Shown here piece after piece: positions 1-9,822 of a stretch of DNA of 50,947 nucleotides. The stretch is from contig NC_057719.1 of the NCBI RefSeq assembly GCF_004010195.1, positions 94,417,468 through 94,468,414 on the forward strand, written 5' to 3'. How positions within the stretch are numbered: the stretch's first letter is position 1; every line of letters starts with the position of its first letter. Both the position numbers and the translations under genes were made by a program. The notes beneath the pieces were generated by a model that was given only the letters and a program-made list of their open reading frames with translations, was not told the origin of the DNA and made no database searches. The stretch comes from Chiloscyllium plagiosum (taxonomy: Eukaryota).

Positions 1-176
1 TTTCAAAATGATGAATTGGTGCCAACACTGGGTCATATTTTATGCTTGCCAAGTAAATCCAATTTTTAGAAGAATTTATTTAAACAGCACAAGTCAACTA
101 ATATGCCATGAGCTATGGTGATGTCTCAGACAGGAGCTAAAAACAAAACAGGCAAATTCACGATAAAAGTAGCAGA

Positions 177-744
177 AAATCAAACTGACAGCCAGACTAT
201 TGCGAACACTAGGACTCATAACAGCACACAAACCAACAACCACTCTCAGACAACAACTCACCAGAACGAAGGACCCGATACCCAGCATGAGCAAAACCAA
301 TGTAGTGTACAAAATGCAAGGACTGCACAAAACACTACATAGGACAAACAGGAAGACAGCTAACAATCCGTATCCATGATCACCAACTAGCCACGAAACG
401 ACACGACCGGTAGCCACACACGCAGATGACAAGCAACATGAGTTCAACTGGGACAACACTACTATTATAGGACAAGCCAAACAGAGAACAGTGGTATGGC
501 ACTCATCAATAAGCACATCGACCTGGACCCAATATACCGACCACTGCAACGGACTACCGGAAGCAGCAGATACAAATCACTATAAATGCCGGAGGAAACA
601 TCATAGAAGCGCTTCACAGGAGGCTCCCAAGCACTGAGGATGTCACCTAGACAGGGGACGAAACGTCTGCAACACAAATTCCCAGCTCGGCGAACAGAAC
701 CACAACAACGAGCATCCGAGCTACAAATCTTCTCCCAAACTTTG
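177..744 (+). mobile_element. 5'-truncated Penelope-like element (GIY-YIG endonuclease region plus 3' terminal repeat), family A
   Basis: Frameshifted translation KLTARLLRTLGLITAHKPTTTLRQQLTRTKDPIPSMSKTNVVYK..CKDCTKHYIGQTGRQLTIRIHDHQLA..ATHADDKQHEFNWDNTTIIG gives a VVY-YIG (GIY-YIG) domain; candidate TSD agtagcaga at 168-176 and 745-753; hammerhead motif in the 3' part. Confidence 0.85.
631..670 (+). ncRNA. Minimal type I hammerhead ribozyme motif (family A)
   Basis: gca-CTGAGGA-t-[gtc a cct agac agg g gac]-GAAA-cg-TC-tgc: stem I gca/tgc, complete core, stem II hairpin, palindromic ACGT helix III; predicted cleavage after 667. Confidence 0.8.
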
Positions 745-824
745 AGTAGCAGATGAAAGCTGACCAATCCAAACTAGAAGACCATGTTTCTTCATGTTTA
801 GAGTGTTTTTAATCATTTTTAAGA

Positions 825-1520
825 CCTGAGCTGCATACCAGTCAGAAAAACACCTTTTCACCTCTACTTTCTGTCTTCTGTGACTAAGACTGTTCTGTGA
901 GAAAGTGAGGACTGCAGATGCTGGAGATCAGAGCTGAAAATGTGTTGCTGGAAAAGCGCAGCAGGTCAGGCAGCATCAAAGGAGCAGGAGAATCGATGTT
1001 TCGGGCATGAGCCCTTCTTCAGGAATCATCTTCACACGATGATTCCTGAAGAAGGGCTCATGCCCGAAACATCGATTCTCCTGCTCCTTTGATGCTGCCT
1101 GACCTGCTGCGCTTTTCCAGCAACACATTTTCAGCTAAGACTGTTCTGTATCCACCTTAGCAGCTTACCAAGGATCTCATATGATTTCACCTTTAGTATC
1201 AGTCTGCCATTAGGGACCTTGTCAAAGGCCTTGCCAAAGACCATGTACACCACATATACTACCCTGCCCTCATCAATCACCTTTGTCCTTTCATTAAAAA
1301 AAAGTCAATTTTGTGAGACACGACTTTCCCTGTATAAAGCCAGACTGCCTATTGCTAATAAGTTCATTATTTTTCCTAATGTGGGTAAATCCTATCCCTA
1401 AGAATCTTCTCCAATAATTTCCCTACCATTGATGTAAGGCTCACTGGTCTGTAATTTCCCGGGTTAATCCTATTGCCTTCCTTAAACAAAGGAACAACGT
1501 TAACTATTTTCCGGTCCTTG
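825..1520 (-). mobile_element. CR1 LINE RT fragment, interrupted by a fold-back element
   Basis: Minus strand of about 1214-1255 reads VVYMVFGKAFDKVP (CR1 RT motif); PGNYRPVSLT near 1435-1465. Confidence 0.8.
899..1134. mobile_element. Fold-back (palindromic) hammerhead-bearing Penelope terminal element, family B
   Basis: Perfect 99-bp inverted repeat 932-1030 / 1038-1136 with a 7-nt spacer; 15-bp TSD ctaagactgttctgt at 884-898 and 1135-1149; hammerhead cores at 1046-1073 (+) and 995-1022 (-). Confidence 0.9.
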
Positions 1521-3889
1521 CATTAGAAAATAGTTCACTCTGGTAAAATATTAATAACACAAGTATAACATATGAAATTTGTTGTTTAAAAGGATGGCAA
1601 TATGTTCAATAAATCAACCACCATGCCTAACATTTTGAACAAGCAAACAAGAAATGTGAAAATGAAGGTTTGACATTCTTGAGTCTTGGGACATAAATGT
1701 CTCTCACATAAATTCAGCTCTTTTCTCTCTTAATTAATCTGCTCTTTGCAAGTATAAGGTTTATAAGTCAAAGCTTCTGGAAGTTATGCTCTTCATAATT
1801 GAGACATAGAAACAGGTAATTCTAAGTTTGCAGATTTTCATGGAAATAGAAAAGGTACTCCAAAATATGCGTTGGAAAATGAGGAAAAAAGAATGTTTTC
1901 CAGTCAATAGCAGGGGTAGGCAGGGAGAATTTGAACAGTAATCTACTTAGTGAAGCTGGGAACAGATGAGGAAATGAAACATGTTTTTGGACAAAACATT
2001 TTTATTTGTTTTTTTTTGTATTGCTGTGAGAAGATGATTGCAGAATGAAATGGTCATCAACTGAAAAATAGTTCCACATATAACTGTATTTCCCCTTTTG
2101 TAGAAACAGCAGTACACTGTAAAAGTGGTCAATTATTGCAAATCTGTCTGCCCTACTGTTTAATAGTTTCTGGATCTCATTTCATATCGCAAGCATGTAT
2201 ACTTTAGAATTCAAGCAACATTAACTCACTTGCTTTTCTGAATGTGCTTTTATTTTTCTCTTTTTATATTTGTTAACATTCATAATAGCTTCAATCTACT
2301 AAATGCAGATGACCTGGATCCAAACCTTTGATCTGTAACAATTGTTACATAGCAACTATTGTATCTATTTAAACTGCATCACATATTATGTGCTATTGTA
2401 TTCAGGTTGTGATCACAACTAATAGTAGCCTTTGCAGGATATAAAAGTCCATGTGAGTACCACAGTATTTGTGCCTCAAATCATTCTAGTTACTTTTTCA
2501 TAACTGTAATTTGTGTATTTGTTCAGTCCCACATCTCTTATTTACTTTATTATTGAATTTACAGAATTGAACAATAATAACATTTTGCTTTCTATTACTT
2601 TTATTCAGGATATGACAGATTCTCCAGTATGCTGTCACAGTATATAGTGTATCAGCTCTTGGAGAGAGTAATTTCTTTATTTTGAAAATCGTGGTGTAGT
2701 GAGCACATTGAACATATTGAATCAAACCTAAATGTATTTTATGTTGGCCTGCAGTCCCTTTACTTCCAAAAAAAAATAGTAGATTTGTGCATGGCAATGC
2801 ATGATGAGAAGTCTATGAAATTTCTCATGGTGTTGATCACAATGCTGATTTAATTGCCAATGAAGTGTACCAAGAACTTGTTTAAATTGATTAAATGAAC
2901 TTAGTTCTGAAGTGTTAATGTATAAGTATACAGCTAACACTATATATCATTTAATGATATAAGTTATTTTTAGTATTTCATCTCATAAATCCTCAGATAA
3001 TCTTTTGAAGAACTTACACACAGCCTTTTGTTCAAGAGACAACATTTGGCTACCTTCCTCACTTGTATGTTCTTCTGCACAAGAAGCCTTAAACACATCT
3101 ATGTTCTGTGCCATTGTAATCCTTCTCAACCCACAAATAGAATTTGTCTTCAAGCGGTGAAACATCCTCTGTTGTGATAGAAAATAGTTTGGAATTAATA
3201 TTACATGATGGCATATATTTCTGGATCCAAGTTTTAAAAAATAATCAGATTCTAATAAGGTGAAAGCTGGTAATCTGAGTAGGTTTTCTATTCACTTTTT
3301 TAAATGTGTATGATTTTTCTTACTTTGTTATTATGTAGTCAGTATTTCTATGACACACACGACAGTATTTTAGGTTAGTTTCAAAATAGCTGAGAAATGG
3401 GCATGGGACAAATTCAACCTTGGTCTCAAAGGTCAGTTATTCAGTAGAGCAAAGTCATTGAATTGATCACAAGGTAGCTCAATGAAAACAGGAAATAAAA
3501 TAATTGATAAGAATGATTTTGTCATTAGATTTGCTAGTCATAAGCATAAAAAGGTTACGACAATTTTACAAATCAAGTGGAAATAATAAATTTGAGAATA
3601 GGATTGGTAGAAAGCAGTCATTGACGTTTTAACAGCTATAATAAGTTGACAGAGCTGCTACTGTCTTCATCGGATGTGTGCGTTCTAGTTGAAACTGTAC
3701 AATGCAAAAGGTTGGCTGTTCGAGTGCTGTTGTTACAAAGGCACTTTATATTTGATATTACTAGAGAACTTAAGTTATGAAGGTTTGTAGAAAATGGCTT
3801 TATTCATGTTTTGTGGATATGGCTGAAGTGATTTCTTTAAAAGAGGTCAATGAAAGTTCACTATGGAGATCAGAGATTATGTTTTACAT

Positions 3890-4635
3890 GATGTGGAGGT
3901 GCCAATGTTGGACTGGGTTGGACAAGGTCAAAAATCACACAACGCCAGGTTATAGTCCAAAGGGTTTATGTGAAAACACAACCTTTTGGAGCCTCTCACC
4001 TTGTTCAGGTGATAGTGAGAGAGGAGACATCCGATACAGAATTTATAAGTAAAAGATTAAAGGATCATACAACTGATACAAATGTATTGAGCAGACCTAA
4101 AATGGCTGTTAAATCTTTAATCAGTTAGAATGGTGGTGCAGGTTTTGCTAGAATAATATGCAAATCCCATAATTTCTTTCAAATCATTGTCCCAAAATAT
4201 CTGAAGGTTTTATCAGTATAGAAGAGGTAACATCTCAAGTCATTCCTGAAGAAGGGCTAATGCCCGAAACGTCGATTCTCCTGTTCCCTAGATGCTGCCT
4301 GACCTGCTGCGCTTTTCCAGCAACACAATGCCATCTCTGATCTCCAGCATCTGCAGACCTCACTTTCTCCTCAAACATCTCAAGTCAGACAATGTATTTT
4401 AGGTGTGAGGCTTTGTTTAGAATCTGTCTGTGTCTTAACCTGGAGTCAGACTGGTTTTGTTTCCAAAGTCGGAATTTATAAAATGCCACTTTGACTGACT
4501 ATCTACAAATTGTATGATTTTTGAACAAAATAGAATGTATCTGCAAATACAAATCTGCAAATGAAAAATCATCCCATAGATTTATATGTGTGTGTGTGTG
4601 AGGGAGAGAAAGAGAGAGAGAGAGTGTGTGTGTTT
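3890..4635 (-). mobile_element. Penelope-like 3' UTR/terminal repeat fragment, family C (degenerate)
   Basis: aaaaatcacacaacgccaggttatagtccaa matches the copy at 18470; degenerate hammerhead around 3975-4012 on the minus strand; ends in a (TG)n/(AG)n tract. Confidence 0.6.
4243..4373 (+). mobile_element. Single-arm hammerhead-bearing Penelope terminal element, family B
   Basis: 14-bp TSD aacatctcaagtca at 4229-4242 and 4374-4387; intact core CTGAAGA-a-gggc taat gccc-GAAA-cg-TC at 4246-4273; carries the terminal tail ...gacctcactttctcctc. Confidence 0.9.
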
Positions 4636-5225
4636 TTCATCAGAGTCCTGTGAATGATGATAATCGCTTGCTTTGCTGTAGATCCTTCTGGGCTTGATTT
4701 TGCATATGGGAATCCCTGATTTAAAGACATTCAACTTCTGAAGGCTTATATGAACACATTCCTATATAAGGGTGTAATTTTAAAGATCCAACATATGAAC
4801 TTTTCCTGTACTTACAAATGGCTGTTTTCCATTGTTCTGCATTGTGTTCTGATTTATGGACAAGTAGACTTCAGAATGGAACTGATTTGCAACCTCGGGA
4901 ATGCCTGAAATGACTGGCTTGGATAAGGTTTCTGATTTTTCTGATTCAGTTGAAGGGAAACCTGATGAGAACAAGCTGCCCAGCTGGACTCTCTCAATTA
5001 GGTAAGTATCAAGATGAAGCCTATATGTTCTTTTGAAAATGTGGCTGAAAGAACATTGCAATTAAATTTCCTGAACAAACTGTATTTACAAAATTTCAGA
5101 GAAAGCTATATGTTATCAGTGTTTTGAACACATACCAGAATATCAGAGCAATGGATTCCAAAACACCCTATGCTTTGACCTTTTGCCTTAATGAATAACA
5201 ATCACAAAGTGTATTTCAGAAAGCC

Positions 5226-5324
5226 TTTCCTGATGAAGGGCTTTTGCCCAAAACATCGATTTTCCTGCTCCTCGGATGCTGTCTGACCTGCTGTGCTTTT
5301 CCAGCACCACTCTGATCTAAACTC
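5226..5324 (+). mobile_element. Family B element, core mutated (GAAA to AAAA)
   Basis: ttcCTGATGAagggcttttgcccAAAAcatcgattttcctgctcc...gcttttccagcaccactct. Confidence 0.85.
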
Positions 5325-5774
5325 TTTCTATATTCCTGACCAATTTATATGACCAATTTTTCCAGTTTTATTAAAACTGATTCAATAACATTACAAGTTC
5401 ATTAAGAATCCCGGTTGAACTTTTTGTTTAAAACCTGACGTGGATGATCAATTCAATTGGTCATCTGGTAACTCGAAGAAGCATTTTTGTTTTATGTTGT
5501 GATCTGTGGAGTAGTAGGGCTAGATCGCACTGCATTCCATAAATTTTAGTCATTACACTGTGCGTGATTTAAAAAGAACAATTTACACAACTAAAAATAA
5601 GACTGAAGTTGTCAGCAATGCATGACCTTTTTAATTAATTGTGTTACAATCTTGCATTATCACTTGGTATAGTGGTAATGTTATTGCACCTGCAGATGGG
5701 GACAAAGTACCTGTAATCAGAAAGAGGAACAGCTGAACAGAATTAATGTGGGTGCAGATATTTTCTGATCAAAC

Positions 5775-5872
5775 TGTTCAGATGTGTTTTGGCACACTTC
5801 CAGAGCAAATGGGACTTAAACTTGGTCTCCTGGCTCAGAAGTATGGACACTACTACTTCACTACAAGAGCCC
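5775..5872 (-). mobile_element. Short tRNA-derived SINE-like element
   Basis: Reverse complement gggctcttgtagtgaagtagtagtgtccatacttctgagccaggagacc... is homologous to 5957-6057; degenerate A and B boxes. Confidence 0.6.
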
Positions 5873-5956
5873 TTGGACGCCAAGGAGAGGAACAGAGTCA
5901 GACACTACTCAGCAGTTAGATTATGTTTAAAAGTAAATTCAATAGTGATATTGTAA

Positions 5957-6057
5957 GGGGGCTCTTGTGGTGCAGTGGTAATGTCCCTGCCTCTGAACCA
6001 GGAGACCTGGGTTCAGATCCTAACTGCTTGAAAGATATGTAACAACATCTCTGAACA
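5957..6057 (+). mobile_element. Short tRNA-derived SINE-like element
   Basis: A-box-like tggtgcagtgg and B-box-like ggttcagatcc at tRNA spacing; related copies at 5775-5872 and 33345-33630. Confidence 0.65.
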
Positions 6058-6296
6058 TGTTGTATTCAAAAATGTATCAGAATGTGATCACAGGAAAGTG
6101 TGAGTTGATTGGCTGTTCAGACCTGCTGTTTTTCTCTAGTTTTGATTAGGTAGTTTAATTATCAGGAATAAGATAAGAGCCCTGGTGCATATAAATATTA
6201 TTTAACTTAGAGGGCATAAATACATGGGGACTAATTTCAGGCTAAGCCATGGCTATGCAGGTCTTTCGAATGGAATATTCCTGTATCAGAGTCGGA

Positions 6297-6360
6297 GAGC
6301 TGGTCAGGCAGCATCTGAGGAGAAGGAGAGTCGACATTTTGAGCATAAGCTCATCATCAG
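6297..6360 (-). mobile_element. Degenerate family B fragment
   Basis: ggtcaggcagcatctgaggagaaggagagtcgacattttgagcataagctcatcatcag aligns to the family B arm and ends at the CUG of the core. Confidence 0.7.
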
Positions 6361-6374
6361 CTCTTCATATGATT

Positions 6375-6850
6375 TCTGAAGGGAAATCATATTCTGGAAG
6401 CCAGGCTCAAGGAGGTGACATAGAGGTTGCAGAATTTCTTGGTGGGAGGCTGAACAGCCAGAGGTCATGGTTCATTGTCAGTACTAATGACATAAGTAAA
6501 AAGAGGATGAGATCCTGCAAGTAAAACATATAGAGCTATGAAATTAATTAAAAAGCAGGACCTCAAAAGTAGTAATCTCCAGTTAGTCTCAGTGTCTGGA
6601 ATTGGCAAGAACAGGCATAGGATAAGAGGAGACTGGGATGAATGCATACTGAGAGAGACAACATAGGAGGGAGGAATTTAGACTTGGGAGGCTTTGGAGC
6701 CAAGACTGGGCAAGATTGGATCTGTACGTGTTAGACAGGTTGCACCCCAGAGGACCAGAAGCAATATCCTCATGGGGACATTCACTCATATGGTGGGGTG
6801 TGTTTAAACTAGAATGGCAGGGAATGAGAACCTGAGTGAGGAGATGCATA
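6375..6850 (+). mobile_element. Decayed CR1 ORF1 (SGNH esterase-like) fragment
   Basis: ...STNDIS.., VVIS, DRLHP..G segments resemble the ORF1 at 27.3-27.9 kb (VHIGNNDIG; DGLHLN). Confidence 0.6.
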
Positions 6851-7062
6851 AGAGGGAAACAGAGATAGAAAGGAAAGATGGGAAAGTAAAGATAGAAAAG
6901 TAAAAAGCAAATGTGGGAGGCACAGGAAACAGGCTTGTATCAAATATGGCCTTTTTACAAAACAAAGTGTAAATATGACAAAAAGAGAAATTTAAAGGTG
7001 GAGGGAGACCAGACTAATTGCTGAAAAGGCTGGAATGTTGGATAAGGAAGAATAGGGTCAAA

Positions 7063-7345
7063 TAGATTAGATTACTTACAGTGTGGAAACAGGCCCTTCG
7101 GCCCAACAAATCCACACCGGCCCTCCAAAGAGCAACCCACCCAGACCCATTTCCCTCCGACTAATGCACCTAACACTACGGGCAATTTAGCATGGCCAAT
7201 TCACATTTTTGGACTGTGGGAGGAAACCCACGCAGACACGGGGAGAATGTGCAAACTCTGCACAGACAGTTGCCTGAGGCAGGAATTGAACCCGGGTCTC
7301 TGGTGTTGTGAGGCAGCAGTGCTAACCACTGTGCCACCATGCCGC
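7063..7345 (-). mobile_element. HE1-type V-SINE
   Basis: tRNA-like head (gcggcatggtggcacagtggttagcactgctgcctcac, B box ggttcaattcc), central V-domain-like gagtttgcacattctccccgtgtctgcgtgggtttcctcc, tail ...cactgtaagtaatctaatct. Confidence 0.9.
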
Positions 7346-7349
7346 TCAG

Positions 7350-7575
7350 AGTGCCTCACTAGAGTTTAGAAGGATCAGAAGAGATGTCTTGGAAATGTAT
7401 AAAATATTGACATGACTGGACAAACTGGATGCAGGGATTATGTTCCCGCTGTCTGGGAGGTGCCTAGAACAAAGGATCGTGAACTCAGGATAAATGAGAT
7501 GCCATTTAGATCAGAGTTGAGAAGAAATATCTTCACTCGGAGGGTGATGAACCTGTGGAAATCTCTGCCATAGAA
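7350..7575 (+). mobile_element. CR1 ORF2 C-terminal fragment
   Basis: SLEFRRIRRDVLEMYKIL..FTRRVMNLWKSLP. Confidence 0.7.
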
Positions 7576-7596
7576 AGAAACAGATTTCAGGGTCTT

Positions 7597-9050
7597 ATAG
7601 ACAGACGTTTGCAATACAGAAGGAGGCCATTCAGCCCATGGTATCCTTACTGATCAACAAAGATCTGACTACACAAATCTCAAATTTCAGCTTTTGGCAC
7701 AAAGTCCTACATTATAGCCATATGAGTAAATATCTAAATGCAGCAAGAATTGTGGATTCCACCACACTTCCACACAATACGTTTCAGACTTCCACCACCC
7801 TCTAGGTGAAAAAAAACTCAACTCTCCTATTAGCCTTCCATCTCTTATTTAAATTTATGCCCCCAGTTATTTATCCCTCTCTAAAAAATGAAGAAGACCC
7901 TTTCTATTGGCCCCAGTCTGTTACATTTCAGTTTAAATGTACATCACAAATAGAAAGGGCTTCGCCACCGAGTCTTCAGAACTCACTGGAAGCAGACCTC
8001 CAGTCACAGAAATATGCCAGTACTGTTACCATCCGTTTCCTGCCCCTCAGCCAATTTTGAATCCAACATGCCATTTTGCCTTGTATCTCATGAGTTCTTT
8101 GAGGAGAAAGTGAGGTCTGCAGATGCTGGAGATCAGAGCTGAAAATGTGTTGCTGGAAAAGCGCAGCAGGTCAGGCAGCATCCAGGGAACAGGAGAATCG
8201 ACGTTTCGGGCCTAAGCCCTTCTTCAGGAATTTTCAGCTCTCATGAGTTCTTAGCTAGTTGACCACATCAAATGTATTACTCTCATCAACAGTCTTGATT
8301 ACTTCCTCAAAAGTTTCAGTTAGATTTGTCAAACATAACCTTCCTTGAACAAATCCATGCTGACTAGAACTGATAATGTGTCTCCCCCAAGTACAGATAC
8401 ATTGTGTCTGTTATAATTCTTTCTTATAACTTCCCCATCACTGAGGTTACACTGACTGGCCTGTAATGTCCTGGTCGATCCTTTCCTCCCTTTCATAATA
8501 ATAGGGCAACATTGCCAGTTCTTTGGCTCCTTACCTATGGCCAAAAAAAATCTTAATGTTACTGCCAGGGTCCCCTACCTCCTGCAATATTTATCCACTC
8601 ATATACCCTGTACTCATATTACTTATCCCTGCATACTTATTTACTCCTAAGGCTGTTATATCCACTAGCACTTCCTCTCTCTGTTAGTTTCTTCCAATAT
8701 TTCACAATCCTCCACCTTATATAGTGTATCTGAATCGTTTTCATTGTGAATATTGATGCAAAGTATTCATTGAGGACTATGCATATGTCTTTGTGATTCA
8801 CATGCAGATCACCTCTATAGTTCCTACTCTTCACTAATTCTCTTGCTCTTCACATCTTCAAAAACCATTTAAGTTTTACCTTTATTTGATTCACCAATGC
8901 TCTCTCATGCATTCTCTTAGCTTTCCTAATTTCCTTTCTAAGCTCCCATTTTCACTTTTTAAATTATCCTTTTGGGGACTTTGCTGTATTAAGTCCTCAG
9001 TATCTGCCAAAAGTGTCGCTTTTTATTTTGATGCTCCTTGACATTCAGAT
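7597..9050 (-). mobile_element. Decayed CR1 LINE (3' tail plus RT pieces)
   Basis: CR1-like tail at about 7597-7700; SMDLFKEGYV / QASQCNL frameshifted equivalents of QHGFxKG and YRPVSLT; LNEYFASIFT. Confidence 0.7.
8100..8238 (-). mobile_element. Family B element with intact hammerhead and a 10-nt remnant of the second arm
   Basis: 14-bp TSD tctcatgagttctt at 8086-8099 and 8239-8252; minus-strand core CTGAAGA-a-gggc ttag gccc-GAAA-cg-TC at 8200-8227; ttttcagctc matches the end of the opposite arm. Confidence 0.9.
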
Positions 9051-9095
9051 TCTATGGTCTTTGTTCTATCCTTTGTGGGATTTCCTGTGCAGAAT

Positions 9096-9385
9096 GGGCA
9101 GTACGGGCTCAGTGGTTCTTTGTGGAGTTTGCACATTATGCCCGTGACTGAGTAGGTTTCCTCCGGATGCTTCGGTTTCCTCCCACAGTCCAAAGATGTG
9201 CAGGTTAGGGTGGATTGGCTGTGCTGAATTGCCCATAGTGTTCAGGAATGTGTAGGCTATGTGGGTTGACTATGGGTTACAGTGATACAACAGGGCAGTT
9301 GGTCTGGGTGGGTTGCTCTTTGGAGGGTCAGTTGGACTCTAGGCCAAATAGCTGCCTTCCATGCTGTCGGGATGCTTTGATTCAT
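9096..9385 (+). mobile_element. Older, internally deleted HE1-like V-SINE
   Basis: tgtggagtttgcacatt...ggtttcctcccacagtccaaagatgtgcaggttagg core. Confidence 0.8.
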
Positions 9386-9624
9386 GCTATTGTATCCTTA
9401 AATGCTTCCTAGTGAATTGATAGTTTTATCTGCAAGTAGCTGCTTCCAGTCCAAATCTTACCTTGGTGAAATACTGAGATTTCTGCCTGAGAGGTTCTGC
9501 TGTTTAGTCTTTTGTTTGGTCCCTTAAATTTGATTCTCAGGACCTAATCTGTATCTCTACCTATATCATTAATGCCAAATGGACCACAATCTCTGCCTCT
9601 TCACCCTCTCCCCAAAAGAACATC

Positions 9625-9822
9625 CTGCAGTTGTTTTGTGATATCCATGACCTTGGCACCACGGAGGCATTATACCATCCTGGAGTCATGTCGACATCTG
9701 TGGTGAAAGGGTTAAAATTGTGTCCCAATACATGTGTGAATCTAACCGCTGCAGTTGTTTTGTGATATCCATGACCTTGGCACCACGGAGGCATTATACC
9801 ATCCTGGAGTCATGTCGACATC
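9625..9822. repeat. Perfect 74-bp direct duplication (9625-9698 / 9749-9822) inside a decayed minus-strand CR1 ORF1
   Basis: ctgcagttgttttgtgatatcc...catgtcgacatc occurs twice identically, 50 bp apart. Confidence 0.9.

Noticed and set aside
94..549. 151-aa hydrophobic minus-strand ORF as a membrane protein
   Set aside because: It is the antisense of the A/C-rich Penelope endonuclease fragment.
932..1136. miRNA precursor or DNA-transposon MITE
   Set aside because: The arms match dispersed single-arm copies tied to Penelope ORF ends, are asymmetric, and have variable 11-17 bp TSDs, which fits retrotransposition rather than a TIR element or a miRNA.
2438..2453. 15-nt microexon (ttgcag gatataaaagtccat gtgagt)
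   Set aside because: Joined to the next candidate exon it creates an in-frame stop in each frame tested, and there is no other support.
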